From Alkalispirochaeta sp. (GTDB lineage Bacteria; Spirochaetota; Spirochaetia; DSM-27196; Alkalispirochaetaceae), in the NCBI GenBank assembly GCA_965242725.1, contig CBDESZ010000031.1:88721-152720 (forward strand): a DNA stretch of 64,000 nucleotides. Reading direction: 5' to 3'. The translations under genes and the position numbers were made by a program. Shown one piece after another: positions 1 to 10,231 of the stretch. Every line of letters begins with the position of its first letter. Within the stretch, counting starts at the first letter, position 1. The notes below the pieces were generated by a model. That model was not told the origin of the DNA. It saw only the letters and a list, made by a program, of their open reading frames with translations, and did not search any database.

Positions 1-1
1 C

Positions 2-154
2 ACTCGAGCTCTCGAGCATCTCCGAAATGGCGGTATGTCCGTCGCCGAAGCGGCGGAAGCGGTGGGCATCGCCGACCCGAACTACTTTTCCCGCCTTTTC
101 AAGAAAGTTGTTGGGCATTCACCTCGCAGGTCCATCCCCTCTTCTTTCGGGTAG
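2..154 (+). CDS. AraC-family transcriptional regulator, 3' end (partial)
   Basis: Manual translation ...GMSVAEAAEAVGIADPNYFSRLFKKVVGHSP...* matches the AraC second HTH signature; stop TAG at 152-154. Confidence 0.9.
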   Translation, partial: TRALEHLRNGGMSVAEAAEAVGIADPNYFSRLFKKVVGHSPRRSIPSSFG

Positions 155-177
155 GGAGATGTAATTCTGTGCGAATT

Positions 178-191
178 TGCAAACGTTTCGT
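178..191. promoter_or_regulatory. Putative LacI-family operator TGCAAACGTTTCGT
   Basis: LacI-type AAACGTTT core upstream of the first operon; a similar site lies at 4521. Confidence 0.55.
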
Positions 192-227
192 CCTAACCGG
201 TTTTGTCAGAATGTCGTACAATAGGGT

Positions 228-1253
228 ATGAGCTCGAACGAAGGTCGATTCCAACCGGTTCGTTGGGGGGTGCTGGGAACCGCCAATATCGCACGGGCCC
301 GCGTTGTTCCTGGTATGGTCGCGAGTCCCGCTGCAGAGGTGGTTGCAGTGGCATCCCGGAGTTTAGAAAAGGCACAATCATTCGCCGACGAGTTCGACGT
401 CGAGAGACGGTACGATACGTACGAGGCGCTCCTCAGCGATTCTGATATCGAAGCGGTGTACATTCCTCTTCCCAACCATATGCATGTCGACTACGCCAGG
501 GCCGCCCTTGATGCGGGAAAGCACGTTTTGTGCGAAAAACCGGTAGCTTTGAACGCGGCAGAGGCGCAGCGCCTGGCGGACATACCCGAAGGGTTGCTCT
601 TTGGTGAGGCCTTTATGGTCAGACACAACCCGCAGTGGAAGAAAACCCGTGAGCTGCTGCGGTCCGGTGAATACGGCAAGGCGATGGCGGTGCAGATTAT
701 CCTCGGATTTCACCTCGAAGCGCCGGCGGATTTCCGGTTCCGTCCGGAGTATGGCGGCGGCGCCCTCTATGACCTCGGTTGTTATGCAATCATGAGTTCC
801 CGATACATTTTCGAATCCGAACCGATCCGCGTCTTTGCGTCAATGGACACCGATCCGTCAACCGGTACGGACCGTCTCGTGACGGCCATCCTCGATTTCG
901 GCGACGGCAGATACTCGACGTTTACATCCTGGTTACACGTTGCGGCGATGCAGCGGGTGCAGATCGTCTGTGAAAGGGGTTCCATCGACCTTCCCGCTCC
1001 GTACGTTCCGACTGAGACGTCGCCGGCGGAACTCTATGCGGACAGCCACAACAGTTTTGATGACATCGATCGCCGACGGATCGAGGTATCTCAGGTTGAT
1101 CAGTATACCCAGGAAATTACCGATTTTTCTCGGGCGATTCGTGGAGAGTTTCGGTACGAGTTTGGACTGGACGACGCGATAGCGCAAATGAAAACGATGG
1201 ATGCGATCTTTACCTCCGCGGGTAGCGGTCAATGGGAGGCGGTAGCTCCATGA
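228..1253 (+). CDS. Gfo/Idh/MocA family oxidoreductase
   Basis: WGVLGTANIA Rossmann motif, HVLCEKP, GGGALYDLGCY. Confidence 0.9.
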   Translation: MSSNEGRFQPVRWGVLGTANIARARVVPGMVASPAAEVVAVASRSLEKAQSFADEFDVERRYDTYEALLSDSDIEAVYIPLPNHMHVDYARAALDAGKHVLCEKPVALNAAEAQRLADIPEGLLFGEAFMVRHNPQWKKTRELLRSGEYGKAMAVQIILGFHLEAPADFRFRPEYGGGALYDLGCYAIMSSRYIFESEPIRVFASMDTDPSTGTDRLVTAILDFGDGRYSTFTSWLHVAAMQRVQIVCERGSIDLPAPYVPTETSPAELYADSHNSFDDIDRRRIEVSQVDQYTQEITDFSRAIRGEFRYEFGLDDAIAQMKTMDAIFTSAGSGQWEAVAP

Positions 1254-2416
1254 AAGAGTACGGCATTGCGGTTCTCGGAGCGGGTATGATCGCTGCGGCA
1301 CACGCTGCCGGGTATCATACCTACAGGCATCGCTTTGAAGAACAGGGCGCTAAATTTGCGCTCCGGACGGTGTGCGACATTGAATCATCAGCGGCCGGGA
1401 CACTCGCCCGCCGTTACGGCGTTGAACGGACGGCCGACGACTGGCGCGCGGTGATGGATGATCCCCGGGTGGACATCGTCAGCGTGGCATTACCGAACTA
1501 CGAACATGGAAAGGCTACCGCCGCCGCATTGGACGCGGGTAAACATGTTCTGTGTGAGAAACCGCTCGCCCTGTCCGCCGCTGAGGCGAGAGATATCGTC
1601 GAAAAGGGGAATCGCGCGACCGTCGTCGCCGGGTCGGTATTCAATTACCGTCGCATACCGGCGGTTGCGGAGATTCAAAGAAGAGTTGTCGCAGGCGATA
1701 TCGGTGATCTGATCCACATGACCGCCGAGTATCACTCGGATTACGCTGCAGACCCGTTGGTACCGTATAGTTGGCGTTATGAACGCGCCCGTTCCGGTGG
1801 CGGGGCGCTTCACGACCTGGGGGCTCATCCCATCGATACAGTACGATTTATCGCCGGGGAAGTAACGGAAGTCCTCAGTGCCGCCTCGACGATCACCGTA
1901 CCGGAACGCTATCTCCCCGCAGGGGCTACCCGGGGACATGATCTCGGCGCTCTGAGCAACGAGAAGCGTATAGTGGACAACGACGATATGACAACGGCGA
2001 TGCTTCGAGTAGAAAATGGTGCAACGGTGCACTTCACCGCGAGTCGCGTCACGGTGGGAATGGGAAACACGATGCACCTATGCGCCGTCGGGACAAAAGG
2101 GACAATTACGTTCACCACGGCGCGACCGGGCGAGTACACCATTGCTCAAGTCGGCAAAACCTCGCCGTATCCGTTTCGGACGGTATTGAACCACCCCGCG
2201 TTCCCCCACGTTTCCGAATATGCGCCGGTGCCCCACGATCGCGTTGCCATCGGCTGGGCCGAGAGTTTCGGATACATGATCGCGGAGTTCATGGAAGCGA
2301 TTGCGACCGGCGGCGTATTTACCGGGGGCTCGCTGATCGACGGGCTGCGTGTAGCGGAAATACTCGAGGCGATCCAACGGGCCGCCGACGGGGGCGGTTC
2401 GGTACGGACCGTCTGA
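1250..2416 (+). CDS. Gfo/Idh/MocA family oxidoreductase (inositol/cyclitol dehydrogenase-like)
   Basis: GAGMIA, HVLCEKP, GGGALHDLGAH; ATGA overlap with the upstream stop at 1250-1253. Confidence 0.9.
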   Translation: MKEYGIAVLGAGMIAAAHAAGYHTYRHRFEEQGAKFALRTVCDIESSAAGTLARRYGVERTADDWRAVMDDPRVDIVSVALPNYEHGKATAAALDAGKHVLCEKPLALSAAEARDIVEKGNRATVVAGSVFNYRRIPAVAEIQRRVVAGDIGDLIHMTAEYHSDYAADPLVPYSWRYERARSGGGALHDLGAHPIDTVRFIAGEVTEVLSAASTITVPERYLPAGATRGHDLGALSNEKRIVDNDDMTTAMLRVENGATVHFTASRVTVGMGNTMHLCAVGTKGTITFTTARPGEYTIAQVGKTSPYPFRTVLNHPAFPHVSEYAPVPHDRVAIGWAESFGYMIAEFMEAIATGGVFTGGSLIDGLRVAEILEAIQRAADGGGSVRTV

Positions 2417-2489
2417 TGACGACGCGGAAAATCAGTGAACGGACGGCCCCGGTCGGGGCCGGAATACATACAGGAAGAAGGAGAAGAAC

Positions 2490-3482
2490 ATGATACACGT
2501 AGGACTCATCGGAGCAGGCCGAATAGGGAAAATTCATGCAGGCAGTGTCGGAGGAAGCGGGAAAGCAAAATTGCGGTACGTCTCCGATGTTTATGCTCCC
2601 GCGGCCAAGGAGCTCGCGGCGGCATACGGTGCGGAGGTTGCCACGATAGACCACATCCTTCAGGACCCGGATATAGACCTGGTGATGATCTGTTCAATTA
2701 CCGAGACACATGCCGACCTGATAGAACGCTCGGCGAAAGCGGGGAAAGCAATCTTCTGCGAGAAACCCATCGACCTCGATATCAAGCGCGTACAGGGCGT
2801 GCTCAACGTCGTCAAAGAGACGGACGCCACGTTGATGGTCGGTTTCAACCGTCGTTTTGATCCCAATTTTATGACCCTCAAGAAGAGGCTCGACGACGGT
2901 GATGCTGGAGACGTGGAGTTGGTGACGATAGCTTCACGCGATCCCGGCGCTCCCCCGGTAGAATACATTAAAGGATCGGGAGGACTCTTTCGGGACATGA
3001 CGATCCACGACTTTGATATGGCGCGATGGCTCCTGGGTGAGGAGCCGACTCAGGTATATGCCAGCGCCGCAACGTTGACGGATCCAGAAATCGAAAAGGC
3101 CGGGGACGTCGATACTGCGGTTGTAACGCTCACCTGTCCAAGCGGCCGTATGGCGGTCATCACCAACAGTCGCCGGGCGACCTATGGGTATGATCAGCGG
3201 ATAGAGGTACACGGCAGCAAGGGGATGCTTCAGGCGGGGAACGTAGCGGAACACACCGTTGCCTTTGCCGGCGAGACCGGCATCACGGCGGCGAAACCGA
3301 TGTTCTTTTTCCTCGAACGGTACGCCAAGGCGTATCAGAACGAATTTGCAGCCCTTGTGGACGCTCTGGAAGCGGGCACAGCCATTGGTCCGGGCGGTGA
3401 AGATGGTTTGCGATCACTGGAGCTTGCGGATGCGGCCTTCGAGTCGCTCAAGACCGGTGCATCTGTCCAGGTTGGAAAATAA
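2490..3482 (+). CDS. iolG: Inositol 2-dehydrogenase
   Basis: GAGRIG, FCEKP, GFNRRFDP, SGGLFRDMTIHDFD and YGYDQRIEV are typical of IolG. Confidence 0.88.
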   Translation: MIHVGLIGAGRIGKIHAGSVGGSGKAKLRYVSDVYAPAAKELAAAYGAEVATIDHILQDPDIDLVMICSITETHADLIERSAKAGKAIFCEKPIDLDIKRVQGVLNVVKETDATLMVGFNRRFDPNFMTLKKRLDDGDAGDVELVTIASRDPGAPPVEYIKGSGGLFRDMTIHDFDMARWLLGEEPTQVYASAATLTDPEIEKAGDVDTAVVTLTCPSGRMAVITNSRRATYGYDQRIEVHGSKGMLQAGNVAEHTVAFAGETGITAAKPMFFFLERYAKAYQNEFAALVDALEAGTAIGPGGEDGLRSLELADAAFESLKTGASVQVGK

Positions 3483-3484
3483 GA

Positions 3485-4447
3485 ATGAAAATCGGAATGG
3501 TCACTGACAGTCTCGGCAATCTTGGATTTGACGAGATGCTCGATGTGGCGGCGGAGCTTGGTCTTGAAACGGTGGAATTTGCTACCGGCAACTGGTCGAC
3601 TGCGCCGCATCTGGACCTCGACAGATTGCTGGCCGATGGGAATGCCCGGCGGAATTTTCTCGCGGCGGTGAAAGATCGCGGTCTGGAGATTTCGGCACTC
3701 ACCGCAAACGGCAACCAGCTCCACCCGGCGGCGGAGGGTAGGGACCACGACCGCGTCGTCCGCCGGACAATCGAACTGGCGTCGATGATCGGCCTTGATC
3801 GCGTTGTTCTGATGTCGGGACTTCCCGGGGCTCCAGGTGACTCACATCCCAATTGGATTACCCTCACCTGGCCGCCGGAGACGGTCCGAATCCTGGAGTA
3901 CCAGTGGAACGAGGTTGCAATCCCGTACTGGAAGGACCTTGTAACGTATGCCAAGCGCTATGGAGTCACCAAACTGGCTCTGGAAATCCACGGGGGACAG
4001 CTCGTGTATAACGTACCGTCCTTTTTCCGCCTCCGTGACGCCGTCGGCGAAACGGTGGGCGTCAATTTTGACCCCAGCCACCTGATATGGATGGGGGCCG
4101 ACCCGCTGGCAGCAGTTGATGCGCTGGGCGACGCAATTTATCACGTCCACGCAAAAGACGCGATGATCGTCGAGCGGAATCGGGCGACCAACTCGCTACT
4201 TGAGACGATCCCGCCGACCCACGCCTCAATCCGCGGGTGGAATTACGTGACACTGGGGTACGGCCGGGATGAAGCGTGGTGGAAAAACTTCTGCTTCCGC
4301 CTCAGGACGAACGGGTACGATGATACCCTCAGTATTGAACATGAGGATGTCACCATGTCTCGCATGGAAGGTATGAAAAAATCGGTACACCTGTTGCGGA
4401 GCTGTATGCTTACGGAGCCGTCAGATTACCAGTTACCGGCAATATAG
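3485..4447 (+). CDS. Sugar phosphate isomerase/epimerase (xylose-isomerase-like TIM barrel), probable inosose isomerase/epimerase
   Basis: ALEIH, NFDPSHL, HVHAKD and LSIEHED metal-binding motifs; iol context. Confidence 0.85.
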   Translation: MKIGMVTDSLGNLGFDEMLDVAAELGLETVEFATGNWSTAPHLDLDRLLADGNARRNFLAAVKDRGLEISALTANGNQLHPAAEGRDHDRVVRRTIELASMIGLDRVVLMSGLPGAPGDSHPNWITLTWPPETVRILEYQWNEVAIPYWKDLVTYAKRYGVTKLALEIHGGQLVYNVPSFFRLRDAVGETVGVNFDPSHLIWMGADPLAAVDALGDAIYHVHAKDAMIVERNRATNSLLETIPPTHASIRGWNYVTLGYGRDEAWWKNFCFRLRTNGYDDTLSIEHEDVTMSRMEGMKKSVHLLRSCMLTEPSDYQLPAI

Positions 4448-4459
4448 GCGCTGCCGTCG

Positions 4460-4489
4460 GGCCGCCCGGAAGATCCCGGGCGGCCTTTT
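4460..4489 (+). terminator. Rho-independent terminator
   Basis: GGCCGCCCGG...CCGGGCGGCC stem followed by TTTT. Confidence 0.7.
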
Positions 4490-4510
4490 ACATTCCATCA
4501 AAATATGGTT

Positions 4511-4558
4511 TGCAAAATGATGCAAACGATTGCAAAATGCTCGTTGTCGTAGTAGGAT
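4511..4558 (+). promoter_or_regulatory. Sigma70-type promoter (TTGCAA-N17-TAGGAT) overlapped by LacI operator TGCAAACGATTGCA
   Basis: Near-perfect palindrome at 4521-4534; -35 at 4530-4535 and -10 at 4553-4558. Confidence 0.7.
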
Positions 4559-4578
4559 GACCTGAAAAGGAGAATCCA

Positions 4579-5475
4579 TTGATACGCGTAGCAAACGCGC
4601 CTTGCTCATGGGGCGTCATAGAAAATGTGGAGGGCAGCCGTCTCACCTACGAGAATGTACTTGATGAAATGGCTGCCACCGGATACGCCGGTACGGAACT
4701 CGGTGACTGGGGTTTTATGCCCACAGATCCCGACGTACTCGCGGCGGCGTTGGAGCGACGGAACCTTTCATTGGTAGCTTCGTGGGTATCGGTGTTCCTC
4801 CACGATCCGTCCCTCCTGGACAACAGCATTGCCGAGGCAATCCGCACCGCCCGACTGCTCCGCGCCGTGGGTGGTGAAGAAGCGTTGGTTGTACTCGGAA
4901 ATGATCCCCATACCGACATTATTAGAACCAATAATGCGGGTCGTGTGAGCCCCGAGATGTCCTTGACGGCGGCACAGTTCAACAAATTCACCGACGGAGC
5001 AAACGCGATTGCCCGTGCGATACGAGACGAAACGGGGCTGCGCACCGTCTTTCACCCGCACATCGCTACCTTTGTGGAGACTCCGGCGGAAATCGAGACC
5101 TTTGTCGCAGGTACCGACCCCGACCTCGTTGGTATTGCCTTTGATACCGCCCACATCGCGTACGGCGGGGGAGACCCCATATCGGCATTGCGGAAATATG
5201 CCGATCGGATCCGCCATGTGCACTTCAAAGGATACAGTGAATCGGCGGCGCGAAGGTGTCGGGCAAACAGGATCGACGGGGTTTCAGCCGTGGGCGAAGG
5301 GGTCTTTTGTGAGCTTGCTGAGAGTGACATCGATTTCTCCAAGGTGCTGTCGGTACTCAAAGACGTCGAGTACGACGGGTGGATCGTCATTGAACAGGAC
5401 GTATTGCCGGGGACGGGAACGCCCCGGGACAACGCCCAACGTAACCGGGAATATCTGAAATCGATCGGCATATGA
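4579..5475 (+). CDS. iolE: Myo-inosose-2 dehydratase-like TIM barrel protein
   Basis: ANAPCSWG, GYAGTELG, FHPH, FDTAH, HVHFK, WIVIEQD; TTG start after AAGGAG RBS; upstream of iolD. Confidence 0.72.
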   Translation: MIRVANAPCSWGVIENVEGSRLTYENVLDEMAATGYAGTELGDWGFMPTDPDVLAAALERRNLSLVASWVSVFLHDPSLLDNSIAEAIRTARLLRAVGGEEALVVLGNDPHTDIIRTNNAGRVSPEMSLTAAQFNKFTDGANAIARAIRDETGLRTVFHPHIATFVETPAEIETFVAGTDPDLVGIAFDTAHIAYGGGDPISALRKYADRIRHVHFKGYSESAARRCRANRIDGVSAVGEGVFCELAESDIDFSKVLSVLKDVEYDGWIVIEQDVLPGTGTPRDNAQRNREYLKSIGI

Positions 5476-5485
5476 TAAGGGGTGA

Positions 5486-7354
5486 ATGATGGAAACGATG
5501 AGACTGACCGCGGGACAGGCACTGGTGAAGTTTCTTGATAATCAATACCTGCAGGTAGATGATCGGGAAATCAAGTTTGTCGAGGGTATATTTGGTATCT
5601 TTGGTCATGGCGTCGTCGTCGGCCTCGGGGAGGCGATCCAGGAGCCGAACCACAACCTGACCTTTTACCAGGGGCGAAACGAACAGGGCATGGCTCACGC
5701 TGCGATGGCGTACGCCAAGCAGAACAATCGACATAAAATCATCGCCGTCACAAGTTCCATCGGACCGGGAGCGCTGAACATGGTTACCGCCGCGGGAACG
5801 GCCACTTCCAACAGGATTCCGCTGCTCCTGTTGCCTGGAGATGCATTTGCGTGTCGGCAACCGGACCCGGTTCTTCAGCAAATAGAACAGAGTTATGACT
5901 ATACCGTCACGGCCAACGATGCCTTCAAAGCGGTAAGCAAGTATTGGGATCGTATCGCCCGACCGGAACAACTCATGACTGCAGCGATAAATGCGATGCG
6001 CGTCCTGACGGACCCGGCGGAGACGGGTGCAGTCGTACTGGCCCTGCCTCAGGACGTACAGGGCGAAGCGTTTGATTATCCTGCCGATTTCTTTGCACGG
6101 CGGGTCCATCGCTTTTCCCGTCGGCCGCTCGCATCGGGTGAGGCGGAGGCGATTGCAGCCGTCATCGCCGGAAAAAAACGACCCATGATAATCTGTGGAG
6201 GCGGTGTTCGGTATTCAGAGGCGGGCAATGCGCTGGCTTCTTTTGCAGAGGAATTTGGGATTCCCATCGGAGAAACTCAGGCCGGCAAGGGTGCTGTACG
6301 GTGGGACCACCCCCAGAATCTCGGCGGCCTTGGTGTAACGGGGACACTCGCCGCCAATCGGATTGCCCGTGAGGCAGATCTCATTCTCGCGGTAGGAACT
6401 CGTCTCAACGATTTTCACACCGCCAGCAAATCGGCGTTCCAGGCCCCGGGGGTTCAAATCGTAACGATCAATGTAAATGCTTTTGACGCATACAAGATGA
6501 ACGCGGCCCCGTATATCGCCGATGCCCGTACCGCCTTGGAAGAGCTTGCGCCCGTTCTGCGAAGGAAAAAGTATGTTGCCTCCTACGGTGGTGACGTCGG
6601 CAAAGCCAAGGCAGCATGGAATGCCGAAGTCGATCGGCTTTTTGCCCTCGACGATACCGACGGGCTTACCCAGACACGGGTCATTGGAATGCTCGGCGAC
6701 TTCATGAGTGAAGAAGATGTCATCGTTTCGGCATCCGGAAGTTTGCCGAGCGACCTTGAACGCCTGTGGCGTCCTGTTTCGCCGGACAATTACCATCTTG
6801 AGTATGGTTTTTCCTGTATGGGATACGAGGTGCCGGGGGCCTTGGGCGCAAAGCTCGCCGTGGGAAAGGATCGTGAAGTATATACCCTCGTCGGAGACGG
6901 CGGATTCCTGATGCTCCATTCGGAACTGATCAGTGCCCTGCAGGAACAGCAGAAGATCACTATCGTTCTTGTTGACAATATGGGATTTCATTGTATCGAT
7001 AATCTACAGGGCTCAAAAGGAATACCTCATTTTGGGTGTGAATTTCGCTACCGGGATGAAACATCCAATACACTCAGCGGCGACGATATCGCGATTGACT
7101 ATGCAATGGTCGCCAAAGGGTACGGATGCGACTCATTTTCCGCGCGCACTGCAAAGGAGCTCAAAGACGCGTTACATGAGGCGCGTAAAAGCATCCGTCC
7201 AGTTCTGATCGACGTAAAGACGGTAAAAAAATCGATGACCGACGGATACGAAGCGTGGTGGCGCGTCGGAATCCCTGAGGTTTCCAATAAAAAAGAGGTA
7301 GTAGAGGCGTACGAGGAGCAGCAGGAGATGCTCAAGAAGGTAAGGCTCTACTGA
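5486..7354 (+). CDS. iolD: 3D-(3,5/4)-trihydroxycyclohexane-1,2-dione acylhydrolase (copy 1)
   Basis: GIFGHG, RQPDPVLQQ, YHLEYGFSCMGYE, VGDGGFLM ThDP motif, WWRVG. Confidence 0.95.
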   Translation: MMETMRLTAGQALVKFLDNQYLQVDDREIKFVEGIFGIFGHGVVVGLGEAIQEPNHNLTFYQGRNEQGMAHAAMAYAKQNNRHKIIAVTSSIGPGALNMVTAAGTATSNRIPLLLLPGDAFACRQPDPVLQQIEQSYDYTVTANDAFKAVSKYWDRIARPEQLMTAAINAMRVLTDPAETGAVVLALPQDVQGEAFDYPADFFARRVHRFSRRPLASGEAEAIAAVIAGKKRPMIICGGGVRYSEAGNALASFAEEFGIPIGETQAGKGAVRWDHPQNLGGLGVTGTLAANRIAREADLILAVGTRLNDFHTASKSAFQAPGVQIVTINVNAFDAYKMNAAPYIADARTALEELAPVLRRKKYVASYGGDVGKAKAAWNAEVDRLFALDDTDGLTQTRVIGMLGDFMSEEDVIVSASGSLPSDLERLWRPVSPDNYHLEYGFSCMGYEVPGALGAKLAVGKDREVYTLVGDGGFLMLHSELISALQEQQKITIVLVDNMGFHCIDNLQGSKGIPHFGCEFRYRDETSNTLSGDDIAIDYAMVAKGYGCDSFSARTAKELKDALHEARKSIRPVLIDVKTVKKSMTDGYEAWWRVGIPEVSNKKEVVEAYEEQQEMLKKVRLY

Positions 7355-7355
7355 G

Positions 7356-8372
7356 ATGGCCTCATTTCCGCTGGCCGTTCCGTCCGGGCGGACACGCGAC
7401 TGTGTCACCTTTGGAAGGGCCAACATGGACCTCTATACCCAGAGTGGTCGCTCCATAGAGGAAACGCCGGTATTTGCCAAATCGGTCGGCGGTACTCCTG
7501 CGAATATCGCCGCGGCGATGGCGCGTCTCGGCATGAAAGTGGGTATGATTACCCGCGCCGCCGCCGATCCCATCGGCCGTTTTGTCGTTGAGTCGCTGCA
7601 GCGGCTGGGTGTCGATACGTCGCACATCGTCTTTGATCACAGCGGCGCCCGCACGAGCATCGCCTTTGCCGAGACGCGGAGCGCCGGTTCAAATACGGTT
7701 CTCTACCGGAATAACGCGGCCGATCTTCTCGTTAACCCGACGGACATTGATGCAGAGTATATCCGGTCAACGGCGATGCTCCTCCTTTCCGGTACGGCGT
7801 TATCTGAGTCCCCGTCGCGGGACGCAGCGATGCTCGCGGTAGGCATTGCCCGGAAAGCCGGAACGCTTATTGCACTGGATATTGACTTCAGACCCTACTC
7901 GTGGCGCAACCGCGAGTCGGCGTCGGTTGCCCTCATGTTTGCGGCGGAATCCTGCGACATCGTGATCGGTACCAGGGAGGAGTTTGACGTACTGGAACTG
8001 GTCTACGGAAATGACGCTATCGCCGACAGAGACCGGGACGCCTTAACCGCGCGGCGCCTGATTGAGGCCGGAAACTCCGTCGTCGTCGTGAAACGGGGAG
8101 AGGATGGATCCACCGCATACACTGCAACGGGCAGGACGGTACAAGGACCGGTGTTTCCCGTCGTCCCGGCAAAGGTGTACGGAGCCGGAGACGCCTTTGC
8201 AGGCGCGTTGCTCGCACGTCTCCTAGTTGGTGCTGAACTCGACGAGGCTTTGACGGCGGGAGCGGCAAACGCTTCAATAAATATTTCCAGAACCCGGTGC
8301 GCCGAAGATATGGCCACATGGGAAGAACTTGTACAATTCATCAAGGAGAAGAACTATGCCGTATCACATTAG
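7356..8372 (+). CDS. iolC: 5-dehydro-2-deoxygluconokinase (PfkB family)
   Basis: GRANMDLY, GGTPANIA, YRNNAAD, LDIDFRP, GAGDAF. Confidence 0.9.
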   Translation: MASFPLAVPSGRTRDCVTFGRANMDLYTQSGRSIEETPVFAKSVGGTPANIAAAMARLGMKVGMITRAAADPIGRFVVESLQRLGVDTSHIVFDHSGARTSIAFAETRSAGSNTVLYRNNAADLLVNPTDIDAEYIRSTAMLLLSGTALSESPSRDAAMLAVGIARKAGTLIALDIDFRPYSWRNRESASVALMFAAESCDIVIGTREEFDVLELVYGNDAIADRDRDALTARRLIEAGNSVVVVKRGEDGSTAYTATGRTVQGPVFPVVPAKVYGAGDAFAGALLARLLVGAELDEALTAGAANASINISRTRCAEDMATWEELVQFIKEKNYAVSH

Positions 8373-9201
8373 GCCTTATAACAATGAGAACAGGCCGGTT
8401 ATCGATGTAGACAACAACTGGACGCCCCTGATCTATTTCAACGACATACGTCTTGCTTCGGGTATGTCCTATTCCCATCGCCTGGAAGAACACGAGTCTG
8501 TCTGTGTGGTTGTATCGGGTACGGTACATATAGAGGTTGAAGGCGTCAGATTTGAAAGTGTGGGAAAGAGGGAACATCTCTGGGCCGGCAAGCCTGATTC
8601 GGTATATGTACCGCCCGGGTTCAAAGCGACAATCACCGCGGCGGGTGACGGCGCCGAGGTCTTCGTTGCCGGCGGGCAAACGGGAGGTGGCAAAGAACCA
8701 TTTCGGGTTACACCTGATGATGTCGATACCGTCCAATATGGAAGCGACGACACCAAGACGCACCGTCGTATTTACCACATCCTCGGAAAAAACGTTGAAG
8801 GGCACACGGGGAACCTTCTTGTAAGTGAGCTTTTTACCGTCGGAGCGGGAGGGTGGTCGGGATTTCCGCCGCACAAGCATCACATCGAACGACCGCCGGT
8901 GGAAAGCGATTTTGAGGAGGCATTTCACTACCGCTTTAACCCTGATCACGGATTCGGTGCGCAGTTTGCGTATATCGGCGATGACGATTTCGGGCCTGTA
9001 TACCATGTAAAACACGGGAGTACCATTCTGCTTGATAAGAGTTACCATCCCTCCGTTGCAGCGCCGGGCTATGAGATGTACTACTTTACGATCCTTGCGG
9101 GACGTAACCGACGCTCCCTGATTCAATATTTCCACCCCGATCATGAGTACCAGGTCCATACCATCCCGGGGCTCAAAGACATGATCGCAAAGTTCAAGTA
9201 G
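8356..9201 (+). CDS. iolB: 5-deoxy-glucuronate isomerase (copy 1)
   Basis: KduI/IolB cupin: WSGFPPHKH, EEAFHYRF, YHPSVAAPGY; start set at ATG 8356 after RBS. Confidence 0.85.
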   Translation: MPYHIRPYNNENRPVIDVDNNWTPLIYFNDIRLASGMSYSHRLEEHESVCVVVSGTVHIEVEGVRFESVGKREHLWAGKPDSVYVPPGFKATITAAGDGAEVFVAGGQTGGGKEPFRVTPDDVDTVQYGSDDTKTHRRIYHILGKNVEGHTGNLLVSELFTVGAGGWSGFPPHKHHIERPPVESDFEEAFHYRFNPDHGFGAQFAYIGDDDFGPVYHVKHGSTILLDKSYHPSVAAPGYEMYYFTILAGRNRRSLIQYFHPDHEYQVHTIPGLKDMIAKFK

Positions 9202-9217
9202 TAAAGGAGACAACGAT

Positions 9218-10231
9218 ATGCAGGAAGTCAGACTCGGAATCGTCGGCCTCGGTCGACTGGGCAAACGGCACGCGGAAAACCTGCGTTATCGCGTACCGGG
9301 AGCACAACTCGTTGCGGCGTGTAGCGTCGTACCTGATGAACTCGATTGGGCGAGAACCAAACTGGGTGTGAAAAAGACTTACGATTCCTACGACGAAATG
9401 CTCGGCGACGATGAGGTTGATGCGGTCTTTCTCGTCTCTACCTCGAGCGTCCATGCAGAGCAGATTATGGCGGGACTCGCGGCGGGAAAACACGTTTTTT
9501 CGGAAAAACCGATGGGCGTCACTATCGAGGAGTGCCTCGAAGTGGAACGGGCCGTCGCCTCGGCTCCCGAGCTCCATTTCCAGCTCGGTTTTGTCCGCCG
9601 CTTTGATCCGAGCCTCGCATACGCCAAGCAAAAGATTGACGAGGGCGCTATCGGTGAACCCTTCCTCGTTCGGGCCCAAACGGTCGATACAGATGAATTT
9701 GCTGAGTTTCAGATAAAATTTGTACCCACATCGGGCGGAATCTTCATGGACATGAACTCCCACGACATCGATCTTGCGCGCTGGTTCATCGGGGCGGAAA
9801 TAAAGAGCGTCTACGCGATTGGCGGGAGCTATGTGCATCGAGGTTTTGCAGAGGTGAACGACGCGGACAACACCGTTGCGCTCTGCCGGTTTGAAGACGG
9901 GAAGATGGCCGTCATTTCGGCGAGCCGTACCGCGTTTCACGGCCACGATACGCACACCGAGATAACCGGTTCCAAAGGAATTCTCAAGATCGGTATGACC
10001 CCTTCAAAAAATCGCGTGGAAATATTTGATACTGAAGGCGCGCGTGTCGAGTGCGTCCAGGACTTTTTTGAACGATTTCACGAGGGGTTCCTTCTGGAAG
10101 CGCAGAGTTTTGTAAGCGGAATCATGAACGGAGTCAAGCCCTCGATTTTTGCGACCGACGGGACAAAGGCGACGGAAGTGGGGTTTGCCCTGACAAAATC
10201 ATTCAAGGAGAACAGGGTCGTCGAATTGTGA
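9218..10231 (+). CDS. Gfo/Idh/MocA inositol dehydrogenase (IolG/IolX-like)
   Basis: GLGRLG, VFSEKP, GFVRRFDP, SGGIFMDMNSHDID. Confidence 0.88.
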   Translation: MQEVRLGIVGLGRLGKRHAENLRYRVPGAQLVAACSVVPDELDWARTKLGVKKTYDSYDEMLGDDEVDAVFLVSTSSVHAEQIMAGLAAGKHVFSEKPMGVTIEECLEVERAVASAPELHFQLGFVRRFDPSLAYAKQKIDEGAIGEPFLVRAQTVDTDEFAEFQIKFVPTSGGIFMDMNSHDIDLARWFIGAEIKSVYAIGGSYVHRGFAEVNDADNTVALCRFEDGKMAVISASRTAFHGHDTHTEITGSKGILKIGMTPSKNRVEIFDTEGARVECVQDFFERFHEGFLLEAQSFVSGIMNGVKPSIFATDGTKATEVGFALTKSFKENRVVEL

